This document shows, piece by piece, positions 36,980-46,827 of a DNA stretch of 60,644 nucleotides. The position numbers were made by a program, and so were the translations under genes. Source of the stretch: Vampirovibrionales bacterium (GTDB lineage Bacteria > Cyanobacteriota > Vampirovibrionia > Vampirovibrionales > JAJTHC01); assembly GCA_046080605.1 (NCBI GenBank), contig JBJTUH010000086.1, forward strand, positions 1 to 60,644. Direction: 5' to 3'. Position 1 is the first letter of the stretch. Each line of letters begins with the position of its first letter. Below the pieces are notes generated by a model. The model saw only the letters and a list, made by a program, of their open reading frames with translations, was not told where the DNA came from and did no database searches.

Positions 36980-38269
36980 CTAGACCCATCTGATGCCTGC
37001 TTGGGTCATACGCTCACAGGCTTCTCGTAATTTTTCCTCTGGCTGTACTAAGGAAAGCCTTACATGATATTTACCCGCATCAGCCCCAAAGGCAGTCCCA
37101 GGGGTCACAACCACACCGCATTCCTCAATCAAGCGTAAGGTAAAACTATCCGCAGTATAGCCTTCTGGCACAGGGAGCCAAAGATAAAAGCTAGCTTCTG
37201 GTGCTTGAAGGTGGGTACAACCCAACGTGTGCAAAAGCCCCAAGAGTAAATCTCTACGTTGATGATAGCGTGCCGTAATAGGAGGAACAAGCGTTTCAGC
37301 GTGATTCATTGCAAACGCAGCCGCTTCTTGAATGGCAGTATTGACCCCATAGTCCATATTACTCTTAATACGGTATAGCACTTCAATAATCTCTTTATTA
37401 CCTGCTGCAAAGCCAATCCGCCATCCTGCCATATTAAAAGTTTTTGAGCATGAGTAAAACTCAACGGCAACATCATAGCCGCCTTCTTCCGCAAGAACGC
37501 TAGGCGTTGTATGACCATTAAAGGCAATTTCCCCATACGCCATATCACTCACAAGCACCAGCTCATGTGCCTTCGCAAGTGCAATCGCTTCACGCCAATA
37601 CTCAGGTGTTGCACAGACTGTGGAAGGATTATTCGGAAAATTAAGAAGTAAAACCGTCGCACGGTCTAAGACCTCAGAGGGAATCGCCTTCAAGTCGGGC
37701 AGCCCCTGCGAGGTCATAGGAATGTAATGGGGGGTTGCTCCACTAATCAGTGTGGCACGTAAATAGGCAGGGTAGTGCAATGCAGGCATCAGCACAATAT
37801 CACCTGGTGTGCTGTAAGCCAAAATAAGATGGGTAATGCCCTCTTTTGAACCAATCAACGGTTGAATATCCGTTTCAGGAGATAAAGATGCCCCAAAGCG
37901 CCGATTGACATAGTGTGCAGCACTCTCACGAAACCCTTGAGATCCTTTAAAGTCAGGGTACTGATGATTACGTGTGGTTTGCAGTGCCTGTGAGAGTACT
38001 TCTAAAATAGGGTCTGGGGTGGGCATATCGTGGTTACCCATGCCTAAATCAATGAGTTCAACGCCCTTAGCACGAACCTCTGCTTTTTTGGCATCCAATA
38101 CGGCAAATACATAAGGAGGTAAGCTTTGTAAGCGCGTAGGCCATGCCCGTGATTTTTGTCTTGTGTCCGCCGCCACTGGAGAGGCTCCCAAGGCAACCGC
38201 TTGTAAGTCGGTTGAGATTTCAGAAGAAGAAGCACTCATCATAGAACGTGGCGTAGTAAAAACGGACAT
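36980..38269 (-). CDS. dapL: LL-diaminopimelate aminotransferase (class I PLP enzyme)
   Basis: LPPYVFA, IDLGMG, GSKEG, NFPNNP, D.AY, SKTFNMAGWRIG, YG..MDYG-like block; dapF is in the same window. Confidence 0.75.
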   Translation of the reverse strand: MSVFTTPRSMMSASSSEISTDLQAVALGASPVAADTRQKSRAWPTRLQSLPPYVFAVLDAKKAEVRAKGVELIDLGMGNHDMPTPDPILEVLSQALQTTRNHQYPDFKGSQGFRESAAHYVNRRFGASLSPETDIQPLIGSKEGITHLILAYSTPGDIVLMPALHYPAYLRATLISGATPHYIPMTSQGLPDLKAIPSEVLDRATVLLLNFPNNPSTVCATPEYWREAIALAKAHELVLVSDMAYGEIAFNGHTTPSVLAEEGGYDVAVEFYSCSKTFNMAGWRIGFAAGNKEIIEVLYRIKSNMDYGVNTAIQEAAAFAMNHAETLVPPITARYHQRRDLLLGLLHTLGCTHLQAPEASFYLWLPVPEGYTADSFTLRLIEECGVVVTPGTAFGADAGKYHVRLSLVQPEEKLREACERMTQAGIRWV

Positions 38270-38641
38270 ACCCTAACACACCTTTATAGTTTATGTGTCA
38301 CAACAACAAAACAAGAAACACGGTCACCCTTGGTCGCTGTAACCTCACATAACGTGAGACGCTCACACCCTCTTTGAAACACTTTGCCACAAGGGGACAC
38401 TACTCATATTAACACGGTCGCCCGCATAAAGTGTGCGTCAAGGGTGTGATGACAAGACCTAATGCTCCTTAGTATCCCATAGAAAGACGAGCTTTAACAT
38501 CCCTCACTCAATCAAACACTTACCCCGTCGTAAACTATGAATAGTCATGTCTTATGGCGTAGTGTTTCAATCCCCCTGTAACATCAAACGCTCGATTTAA
38601 ACCGTCTTTTGTCTGTATGGGTTTGTCAAGGAATCTTTCAC

Positions 38642-39673
38642 ATGATGGCTTATCAACGTCCCACATCCTCTCCAACACGTCACCGTTCAGGGACTGTAGC
38701 GACGTTACAAGACCACATATTGCTACCACTCGACACACAAGACGCATTAGACCACACCACTGAAACCGATACACCAGACCTTGAGAGCCATGAAGGGCAC
38801 CACACAGAGTCTGCCGCTAAAACGGTCGCACAATCGCTGAAAGAAGAGCCTTTTGAAGCAGGAACTTCTTTTAGTCTTTGGAGTTCCTCTCACATGAGGA
38901 ACCAAAAAAAGCTTACCCCTCAAGAAACCGCTCAGCTGTGGGAACACTATCGTAAAAACCCACACAATAGTCGCATCCGAGACAAAGTCATTCTTGCCTA
39001 TTTACACCTTGTACGCTATGTGGTGTCTCGTTTACCCTTAACACTCCCTACGGGGGTCAGTGTTGATGATCTCATCAGCTTTGGCACCATGGGCTTGATG
39101 AAAGCCGTAGAACGATTTGAACCCGAGCGTGGCTTAAAGTTTGAAAGCTACGCCGTCACACGGATTCGTGGCTCTATTATTGACCATTTAAGGGTTCAAG
39201 ATTGGATTCCTCGTGGCGTAAGGAAGCGCACCAAAGACCTTACAGAAGCCATCACATTGCTTGAGAAAGAGCTTGGACGTTCCCCATCAGAAGACGAGCT
39301 TGCAGCTCATTTAAAAGTGACGAAAGCACGAGTGCAACAAATGATGAGTGAAAGTCAAAGTTTTGTACTTTCTCTCGATGAAACCTATGCTGACGATGGC
39401 TCAGGGTCATCATTGTCTGTCATGGATACCGTAGAAGACCAATCACGCTTAACCCCCGATGAAGAGATTCTCCATGTAGAGCTTCAACAACGACTCATTG
39501 AGTCTATTAATACACTGCCCGAGCGTGAAAAGCTGCTCATTGCCCTTTACTATCACGAAAACCTGACACTGAAAGAAATTGGAGAAATCATCCAAGTATC
39601 AGAGTCAAGAGTGTGCCAGCTCCATGCTCAAGCCATTTCACGCTTACGCAATAAATTACGTCAGCTTGTATAA
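38642..39673 (+). CDS. fliA: RNA polymerase sigma-28 factor FliA/WhiG, with N-terminal extension
   Basis: DDLISFG..GL..AVERF...RGLKFESYA..RIRG.IID.LR..DWIPR; YY.ENLTLKEIG....VSESRVCQLH. Confidence 0.93.
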   Translation: MMAYQRPTSSPTRHRSGTVATLQDHILLPLDTQDALDHTTETDTPDLESHEGHHTESAAKTVAQSLKEEPFEAGTSFSLWSSSHMRNQKKLTPQETAQLWEHYRKNPHNSRIRDKVILAYLHLVRYVVSRLPLTLPTGVSVDDLISFGTMGLMKAVERFEPERGLKFESYAVTRIRGSIIDHLRVQDWIPRGVRKRTKDLTEAITLLEKELGRSPSEDELAAHLKVTKARVQQMMSESQSFVLSLDETYADDGSGSSLSVMDTVEDQSRLTPDEEILHVELQQRLIESINTLPEREKLLIALYYHENLTLKEIGEIIQVSESRVCQLHAQAISRLRNKLRQLV

Positions 39674-39692
39674 GTGAGCTACCATCAAGAGG

Positions 39693-41057
39693 TTAAGCAG
39701 TTTTAGGCGTTCCTTGGGCTTTGGGCATACGTGCTTGCAATTGCCCTAAATTACTTTTAATTTTGGCATCATATTTTGCAATTAAGGCAAGTGCCTGCCG
39801 AGTACGTTCTTCAGAACCTGAAGGCATACTTACATCCTCTCCTGAGGGGTCTCCTCCTTGAGGGGTCTCGGGCATCCCACTACGGCTTGCTAACGGGGAC
39901 TGCGAGGGCATGCCTGAGCCCATACGAGTGGGGAAAGGAGGTCGACCACCAGGCTCTCTGGAGGCTAGGCTACTTCGACGAGCATTAGGAGGCATCTCTT
40001 CTCTCTCGCCTGAGGGAGAAGCACCTTTTTCCTCCAATAACTGAGCTACCATGGCTTCCAATTTATCTAAACGTTTCTGGAGTGCCATCTCTTTGGGGGA
40101 AGGAGGCATGCCTGATTTTTCTCTTGCAGCAAGAGCTTCTGGCGGTGTGCCTTCAGGCATTCCCTCTGGGTTTGGCATACCGTCAGGTTTTTGAGGAGGT
40201 TGCACTCCCTGCCCTTTTTGGGCTTTTTGGGCCTTCAGGGCTGCAGCCATTTGCTTTGCCATTTCAACCTGTTTCGGCAGCGAGGCATTAGGGTCAACGG
40301 CTAGCATCCCTTGAGGCGACCCTGCCCCCATACGGCTCGCATTGGGCATCATGGCTTGATTCATCCCAGCGGGTGTACTCCCTGTAGGCATGGGAGATCC
40401 GGCTCCATTTTGTGGGTTCATTTGCGGGTTCATGGCTTGAGGATTACTGGCACCCCCTAACATCCCCTGCATGCTGGTATTCATATTCAGCAAAATATTT
40501 TTTACATCTTGAGTTGCATCCCCTACCTGAGTGTATAACTTGCCCACTTCACTGTTAGGCCCTCCAAGGGCATTCACCGTAAGTGCTGTAGCAGGATTCA
40601 TCTGCTGCGAAGAAGGAGGAGGCATCATGGGTGTTCCATTGAATGCCATAGGTGGTGCGCTAGCCCCCATTCTAGGTTGGGGTTGCTGCATAGGGGTTTG
40701 AGGCGAAGTACCTGAACCATTGCCATTGATGATAATGGGTACCACCACAATACGTTCATTCCCCGAGCCTAATGACCCTAAAACAGAGGATGCTCCTTGT
40801 GTTGGGTTCATCGTAGGCATCCCTGTTCCTTGACCAAAACGCTGAGGCATTGGAGCACCCAAGAACGTCTGAGGATTTTCCATAGAAGGAATGCCTGAAG
40901 GGGAGGACATACCGCTAAGCAACGAGGTCTGAGGAGGTATCATCCCATTATTGGCACCCATCGTATTAAGTCCGAGGTTACTCATATCAGGCGTGAGTGG
41001 TGCTGATAAGGCTTGTGGCATGGAAGCACCAGGAGAAGAAAATGAGCCAAGTTGCAT
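39693..41057 (-). CDS. Hypothetical Pro/Met/Gly/Gln-rich disordered protein
   Basis: Long ORF with short coiled-coil blocks and recurring R(F/M)G motifs. Start set at ATG 41057. Confidence 0.7.
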   Translation of the reverse strand: MQLGSFSSPGASMPQALSAPLTPDMSNLGLNTMGANNGMIPPQTSLLSGMSSPSGIPSMENPQTFLGAPMPQRFGQGTGMPTMNPTQGASSVLGSLGSGNERIVVVPIIINGNGSGTSPQTPMQQPQPRMGASAPPMAFNGTPMMPPPSSQQMNPATALTVNALGGPNSEVGKLYTQVGDATQDVKNILLNMNTSMQGMLGGASNPQAMNPQMNPQNGAGSPMPTGSTPAGMNQAMMPNASRMGAGSPQGMLAVDPNASLPKQVEMAKQMAAALKAQKAQKGQGVQPPQKPDGMPNPEGMPEGTPPEALAAREKSGMPPSPKEMALQKRLDKLEAMVAQLLEEKGASPSGEREEMPPNARRSSLASREPGGRPPFPTRMGSGMPSQSPLASRSGMPETPQGGDPSGEDVSMPSGSEERTRQALALIAKYDAKIKSNLGQLQARMPKAQGTPKTA

Positions 41058-41366
41058 AGTAAAACGACCTTCAATAAGGGTTGCGAAAAAGCAAACGTGA
41101 GCAAAACAAACAGAGAGAAAGCTAAGACAATGGGATACATCCTTCATTGTCCCCAAGATGGGTTACACCAATAAACACAAACACCCGTGCATAATTGCTT
41201 TTTTATCTCATGGAGAGCGTAAAGAAAAACTCGTTTGTCTCCAGCCCCCCCATGAGATGCTTGCTCTTAACGTATCTCTTCATTACACTAAGAAAAGGAT
41301 TTATTTTAATGCGTCTTTCACACTAGAACTAGCATGTTAAGTGAGTATTTTTGTTACGTTGTAAGT

Positions 41367-41482
41367 CACTGGGGAGCTAGCAACGCATTCGCTGGCTGAG
41401 ATTTTCACGAGTGTCATCGTCATAATGATACCGTGTGAAAAAACCCAAGAACCTGCTCTGGATAATGCCAGCGAAGGGAGTG
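41367..41482 (+). ncRNA. TPP riboswitch (THI element)
   Basis: CACT-GGGGAG...GGCTGAGA...ACCC-AA-GAACCTG-CTCTGGATAATGCCAGCGAAGGG-AGTG contains all conserved TPP aptamer blocks; P1 is CACT/AGTG. Confidence 0.93.
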
Positions 41483-41487
41483 TTGTC

Positions 41488-42294
41488 ATGGTGCGTATGC
41501 ATCCTTTGGTTCATCGACCTACGTTTCTTGTAAGCTCTTGTGTATCAGAAAAATCGCATGCGGTCAGTCGTGCTGTGCGTCGCTTTGGGATAGCCCCAAC
41601 ACTGAGTTCTAATATGGGAGTGAACGTTCCGACCAAGCCTTCTTTTTCAACACTTTTCTGGATTGCCAATGGTCTTACCTATGTTCCTGCAGCCATTCTG
41701 ACCCCTTGGATGACCAACAAACAACTTAAAAACGACCCCAATATTTCAGAACGAGAGAGGCATTTACTCGTCCATCAAGAAATTTCAAGACAAACGATTG
41801 GTGCCTTGATTCATTGTATAAATTATTACCCTGCGGTTCTCACGACACAAGCACTGCAATGGCTTGGAGAAAAAACCCCCGCTCTTCGACGTGTAGGTAC
41901 TTTTTTAAAGCATGAGCATCACCAAGCATGGAGTAATTTAGCCCTAGTGACACTCATGAACACGCTTGGGTACGGACTCCTACGCCCAGGAGTGGTCAAC
42001 TACACACTTCAGAAAACCTTGAAACATCCTCCTCATGCCCCCCAAGAAACCACACCTTCTACGACAGAAGCGCCCCTCACTCCTTCCACCCATGGGTATC
42101 TCTCTGTCTCTCCTTTTCGTTTTAATGCAAAAGAAGCGACTTATAGCGCTTCTCTAGCCTCTCAGAAGCTTAGCACACAAACTCCTTGGCTTTCAGAAGC
42201 CACACCTGCCACCTCTGGTTTGGGTTCTCCTCAAGGTCAGACGCTTTCTCCTCAAGGGGTCACCCTGTTTTCAGGGGTACCACAGGCAGTTTAA
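41488..42294 (+). CDS. Hypothetical protein with hydrophobic helices, downstream of the TPP riboswitch
   Basis: ATG 41488 is 7 nt after GGGAG. About three moderately hydrophobic helices with disordered ends. Confidence 0.7.
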   Translation: MVRMHPLVHRPTFLVSSCVSEKSHAVSRAVRRFGIAPTLSSNMGVNVPTKPSFSTLFWIANGLTYVPAAILTPWMTNKQLKNDPNISERERHLLVHQEISRQTIGALIHCINYYPAVLTTQALQWLGEKTPALRRVGTFLKHEHHQAWSNLALVTLMNTLGYGLLRPGVVNYTLQKTLKHPPHAPQETTPSTTEAPLTPSTHGYLSVSPFRFNAKEATYSASLASQKLSTQTPWLSEATPATSGLGSPQGQTLSPQGVTLFSGVPQAV

Positions 42295-42370
42295 GAGTGG
42301 TATTCTTAAATGCACTTCGCCCCCGTTGCTTATGTCACTTTTTTATTGCTTTTGATGACACTGATACTTT

Positions 42371-43456
42371 ATGACCGTCCCTACCCTCCCACAACACGAT
42401 TCTTCTCTTGCACCTCATGGTGCTTCAATGTCTCATACGTCAGCCTCTCAAGGGTTTTACTTAGGAAAGACATGGATTGCCAGTCAGGTTGTTTTGGCTC
42501 CCATGGCAGGGATTACAGATGTGGTGTTTCGTGGATTCGTACGTCAATGGGCTCCTCATTCATTAATTTGTACCGAAATGATTAGCAGTAATGGACTGGT
42601 GTACTCTAAACGTTGGGACTCTCCTATTTTGCAGCGTACCCTTACAGACCATCCTATTGCATACCAACTGGCAGCCCATCGTGAAGAGGTACTTCTTGAA
42701 GCAGCCCATCGTATCATTCAAGATTACCACCCTGTCAGCATTGACCTTAACATGGGGTGTCCTGTCAAAAAAATCACAGGGAATTTTGAGGGCTGCTCCC
42801 TGATGAAATCCCCTGAACATGCCTTTAAACTGATTAAAGCCCTTACCTCATCCATCGACACCCCCGTGACTGTAAAGTTCCGTTTAGGATGGGATGAACA
42901 AAGTAAAAATTATTTAGAGTTTGGTCAAATGTGCCAAGAAGCAGGTGCAAGCATGGTGACGTTACATGCCCGCACCAGAGCGCAAGGATATCAACCAGGA
43001 TGCGACTGGGATGCCTTCGGACACCTCAAGCAAGCCCTGAACATTCCCGTGGTTGCAAACGGAGATATTACTTCACTAGAAGATGTCCGTCATGTCCTTA
43101 AAACCTACCAAGTAGACGCAGTCATGATTGGACGAGGCACCCAAGGAAAGCCATGGCTCATTGGTCATCTCCACGAAGCCTTAACACAAGCACTGCCAGC
43201 ACTACCCACCATGCCTTTAACAATGATTATAGAAGTAGCACTTGCACACGCTGAAGCATTGGCAGAACATCAAGGAGAAGACCGAGCATGCAGAGAACTC
43301 CGAGCACAACTCCCTTGGTATCTTAAAGGGTTTAAGGGGGCTAGCCTATACCGACAACAACTTACTCAAATCAAGACCCTTGAAGATATTCGACATGTCC
43401 TTACATTAGTGCAAGAGGCTCATGAATACACCCATGATGTTTTAAACACCCTCTAG
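42371..43456 (+). CDS. dusB: tRNA-dihydrouridine synthase B
   Basis: LAPMAGITD, TEMIS, IDLNMGCP, TVKFRLGWD, LHARTR, VANGDI, VMIGRG. Confidence 0.95.
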   Translation: MTVPTLPQHDSSLAPHGASMSHTSASQGFYLGKTWIASQVVLAPMAGITDVVFRGFVRQWAPHSLICTEMISSNGLVYSKRWDSPILQRTLTDHPIAYQLAAHREEVLLEAAHRIIQDYHPVSIDLNMGCPVKKITGNFEGCSLMKSPEHAFKLIKALTSSIDTPVTVKFRLGWDEQSKNYLEFGQMCQEAGASMVTLHARTRAQGYQPGCDWDAFGHLKQALNIPVVANGDITSLEDVRHVLKTYQVDAVMIGRGTQGKPWLIGHLHEALTQALPALPTMPLTMIIEVALAHAEALAEHQGEDRACRELRAQLPWYLKGFKGASLYRQQLTQIKTLEDIRHVLTLVQEAHEYTHDVLNTL

Positions 43457-43503
43457 TTATTTTCATAGACTCTATGGTATAAATTGAGTATCAGCTACAT
43501 TCT

Positions 43504-43584
43504 GCTGCAGTGGTGAAATGGTAGACACGCTAGTTTCAGGTACTAGTGACTTCGGTCGTGGGGGTTCAAATCCCTTCTGCAGCA
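43504..43584 (+). tRNA. tRNA-Leu(CAG)
   Basis: GCTGCAG acceptor stem paired with CTGCAGC-A; D-loop GGTAGAC; anticodon arm CTAGT-TTCAGGT-ACTAG; long variable arm; GGTTCAAATCC. CCA not encoded. Confidence 0.95.
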
Positions 43585-43585
43585 A

Positions 43586-43622
43586 GTAAAAGCTCAGTGA
43601 AAGTTATTCACTGAGCTTTTAC
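43586..43622. terminator. Bidirectional intrinsic terminator after tRNA-Leu
   Basis: GTAAAAGCTCAGTGAA-N5-TTCACTGAGCTTTTAC perfect inverted repeat. Confidence 0.8.
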
Positions 43623-43643
43623 TCTGTAAAACGTATCCTCATC

Positions 43644-43934
43644 TTAACAGCGCAAGATTTCCATTCCCTCTTCTCGTACTGTCTGATGATACCTTGCATC
43701 AATCGTTTGCATAGAAAGTTGTAAAGCGGGGTTTCGACGAGCCGAAGGGGCAAAGCCTCCCGTTTTTTGTGGCATGTACACTTGATAACGCACATCATTC
43801 AAGCTGGTTAAAAGCAGTTCAGGATTTTTAACTTCACGGTCATAAGCAGTACGCCGTCCCTCATGCTCTTCTAGCATCAAGGCATAGCGTTTTCCACAAT
43901 AATCATCTAATTCATGAACATCAATCGGTGCCAT
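43644..43934 (-). CDS. Small hypothetical protein
   Basis: 96-aa ORF preceded by an AAGGAG RBS. Confidence 0.65.
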   Translation of the reverse strand: MAPIDVHELDDYCGKRYALMLEEHEGRRTAYDREVKNPELLLTSLNDVRYQVYMPQKTGGFAPSARRNPALQLSMQTIDARYHQTVREEGMEILRC

Positions 43935-44036
43935 AAGTTCTCCTTTTTTCTCATCATCTGCAAAGACTCTCTCTTAATGATGGTAGCTTCGACCACTTTC
44001 ATGATTTCTGAAGTCAATCCGTTACTTCAGGCAACC

Positions 44037-44074
44037 ATAAAGCTCTCTTTATTGTTTTATAAAGAGAGCTTTAT
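44037..44074 (-). terminator. Stem-loop after glyA
   Basis: ATAAAGCTCTCTTTAT-N6-ATAAAGAGAGCTTTAT perfect 16-bp inverted repeat. Confidence 0.7.
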
Positions 44075-44092
44075 GTGTATAAGCGAGTCTAT

Positions 44093-45415
44093 TTACGAGA
44101 CAGAGACAAGTTCAGGCGTAAGGGTCTGTAAGTATGCCTCAAGCTCAGGGTATAAGGGATACTGATTGGCAAGCTGATGCACTTGTTGTTTCAAGCTTTC
44201 TTGTTGCGTTTCAAACGCTTCAGGGGTTGCTTTTAACGCTTGTGCAATCAACCCAGAGAGGCTACGAGTGGCTTCTACCCCAAACCCACGAGAGGTAATC
44301 GCAGGGGTTCCAAGACGGACACCGCTCGTCACAAAGGGACTCTGAGGATCATCTGGAATGGTATTCTTATTGGTGGTGATATGAATACTTTCAAGACGTG
44401 CTTGGGCTTCTTTCCCCGTAATCCCTAAAGAACGCAAGTCTAAAATCATTAAGTGATTATCAGTGCCACCGCTTAATACGGAAACACCTTGCTCCAAAAG
44501 GGTTTGAGCCATGGCCTGAGCATTTTCAATGACCGCCTGAGAATACGCTTTAAATGAGCTAGAAGCAGCTTCTTTAAACGCAACGGCTTTTGAGGCAATC
44601 ACGTGCATTAAAGGACCCCCTTGGGTTCCTGGGAAGACCGCCTTGTCAATCGCCTTGGCATAGGCTTCCTCACTGACCATCACCACGCCCCCACGAGGAC
44701 CTCGGAGGGTTTTATGAGTGGTGGAAGTTACAAACTGACAATGAGGGAAGGGGCTTGGGTGATGCCCTGTGACGACAAGTCCCGAGATATGAGAAATATC
44801 TGCCAACACCACAGCACCGACCTCATCGGCAATGGCACGGAATACCGCAAAATCAATCACTCGAGGATAAGCACTGGCTCCGCAAATAATCATTTTAGGC
44901 TTTACGTCTAATGCTTTTTGACGTACCGCTTCCATATCTAGGCAACCTGTTTCAGGGTCTACGCCATAATGATGAGCTTGAAACCAAAAGCCAGAAACGT
45001 TGACAGGAGACCCATGGGTTAAATGCCCCCCATGAGAAAGATTCATCCCTAAAATGGTATCACCAGGCTTTAGACCTGCTGCAATAAAAGCCGCCATATT
45101 AGCCTGAGCCCCGCTATGAGGCTGCACATTGGCATGAACACAACCAGGAAATAGGTGTTTAAGACGCTCAATGGCTAAGCTTTCTGCCCTATCCACCACA
45201 TCGCATCCACCATAATAGCGTTTCGCAGGTAAGCCTTCCGCATATTTATTGGTCAACACACTTCCCATGGTGTCCATGACGGCTTGGGACGCAAAGTTTT
45301 CACTTGCAATGAGTTCAATACCTTCTTGTTGACGGTGAAGCTCATCTAAAACAACAGCAAAAATATCAGGGTCTTGCTTGGCAAGTGTTTCAAAAACTTG
45401 AAAAGTGGGTGACAT
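44093..45415 (-). CDS. glyA: Serine hydroxymethyltransferase
   Basis: [48 protein letters not shown]. Confidence 0.98.
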   Translation of the reverse strand: MSPTFQVFETLAKQDPDIFAVVLDELHRQQEGIELIASENFASQAVMDTMGSVLTNKYAEGLPAKRYYGGCDVVDRAESLAIERLKHLFPGCVHANVQPHSGAQANMAAFIAAGLKPGDTILGMNLSHGGHLTHGSPVNVSGFWFQAHHYGVDPETGCLDMEAVRQKALDVKPKMIICGASAYPRVIDFAVFRAIADEVGAVVLADISHISGLVVTGHHPSPFPHCQFVTSTTHKTLRGPRGGVVMVSEEAYAKAIDKAVFPGTQGGPLMHVIASKAVAFKEAASSSFKAYSQAVIENAQAMAQTLLEQGVSVLSGGTDNHLMILDLRSLGITGKEAQARLESIHITTNKNTIPDDPQSPFVTSGVRLGTPAITSRGFGVEATRSLSGLIAQALKATPEAFETQQESLKQQVHQLANQYPLYPELEAYLQTLTPELVSVS

Positions 45416-45504
45416 CTCAGGAAGGCTCCATTATATCTTAAAACATCATTCAACACGTGACACAACTTATTTCAACATAGCTTTATCAGCCTCAGCTGAT
45501 GACC

Positions 45505-46008
45505 TTAAAGCGAGCAACTTACCGAGGCACAAGGTTCAAAGCTTGGCATCATTGAAAGCTGGCTCACACGACGTAGGTGACGCTCTCCCTCAAAGGTACT
45601 ATTCAACCATGTATTCACAATATCCAATGCCACCATGGGGGTCGTAAGCCGTTCCCCCAAACACAAGACATTGGTATTATTATGGGCTTTACTCAATTGA
45701 GCCACCAAAGCTGAAGGTGCTACTACGGCACGAATATGAGCGTACCGATTGGCTGCAATCGCCACCCCCACACCACTACCACACACTAAAATACCAAGAG
45801 CGTCTGGATGCTCTAAAATATACTGTGCAACCTTTGCACTCATATCAGGATAATCTACCGAATCTGTGGTACTGGAACAGCCAACATCCACGGTTTGAAT
45901 CCCAAGGGTATGCAGGTGCTGCTCAATGACATGCTTTAAGGTGTATCCCGCATGGTCAGAACCTAGCACCATGGTAACAGGATAAGAGGAAGAAGCTTGG
46001 ACTGTCAT
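45505..46008 (-). CDS. rpiB: Ribose-5-phosphate isomerase B
   Basis: GSDHAG, SVDYPD, CGSGVG..IAAN, HNNTNVLCLG.R, FEG.RH.RRV. Confidence 0.95.
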   Translation of the reverse strand: MTVQASSSYPVTMVLGSDHAGYTLKHVIEQHLHTLGIQTVDVGCSSTTDSVDYPDMSAKVAQYILEHPDALGILVCGSGVGVAIAANRYAHIRAVVAPSALVAQLSKAHNNTNVLCLGERLTTPMVALDIVNTWLNSTFEGERHLRRVSQLSMMPSFEPCASVSCSL

Positions 46009-46184
46009 TCGCTTAAAACTCCTTTTTAAGTGGCATTGTGCAGAAGGTAAATTTAAGAATACTCATAAAGATAGAGGATATTGTATAGAGGGATGTCCCT
46101 TATTATGCCTTGAGTCAAAGATAATCTCAAGGATATCTCCCACAAGCCTTACTTCATGCTTAAAACACACACACACCCTTTTTT

Positions 46185-46673
46185 ATGAACCAAAAACGTC
46201 TAAAACAACTACAAACATTACAAAAGCTTAAAGCTCAGGAAAAACAGCGTCAGCTTCCTGAGTTTCAGAAGGCTCAGGCAACACTACTCGCATGCCAAAC
46301 CCGAGTCACAGAGCTTGTGAACGCAAGAGATGTCGCTCAAGAGGGTATTATACAGACACTCCAAAGCGTGTTACATCCTTTAACGCCTACCAACGAGCCA
46401 CTACCTTTACCCCAATCTTTAGAGCAATCTCATCACCATTTACAGTGGTTAGAGCGTGCGATTTTACAGGCATCCACTGAAATAGCTCTTGCTCAAGAGA
46501 AAGTAGACACCCTCAAGGAACCCCTCCTTCAACTCTCAAAAGAGGAGAAGCAACTAGAGACCTTACAAGAAAAAATCCATGAGGCTTATCGTCTTGAGGA
46601 AGAAAGGAAAGAAACCCTCCTCTTGGAGGAGTTTTCATTGAGAGCTTTTCTACAACATCCCAAAGAATGCTAG
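46185..46673 (+). CDS. fliJ: Flagellar export protein FliJ
   Basis: All-helical, about 160 aa, with the C-terminal K.LE.L.EK...Y..EE.R.E...LEE pattern; upstream of fliK-flgD-flgE. Confidence 0.75.
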   Translation: MNQKRLKQLQTLQKLKAQEKQRQLPEFQKAQATLLACQTRVTELVNARDVAQEGIIQTLQSVLHPLTPTNEPLPLPQSLEQSHHHLQWLERAILQASTEIALAQEKVDTLKEPLLQLSKEEKQLETLQEKIHEAYRLEEERKETLLLEEFSLRAFLQHPKEC

Positions 46674-46827
46674 TCTAAAGTGTAGCCGTCTATTCATTAA
46701 AAGCTAAAACAGTGTTTTTGAGTGTTCTTAAGTTTTTGGTATCTCACTATTTTTTCATCTCGCTATTATATGGTTGTCTACGTACGACAGTATGTTTATT
46801 ACACCTCTATGACAGGTAGCTTTTATT

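Noticed and set aside
35850-38640. Fluoride riboswitch for crcB
   Set aside because: crcB is the last gene of an apparent operon with a 25-bp gap, and no GATG...TRATGRC motif was seen upstream of it or of dapL.
43504-43934. Integrated element at tRNA-Leu
   Set aside because: No integrase, no duplicated tRNA 3' end and no compositional shift seen.
45416-45504. ZMP/ZTP or glycine riboswitch upstream of glyA
   Set aside because: Only a short ATCAGC/GCTGAT hairpin is present; the conserved aptamer cores are absent.
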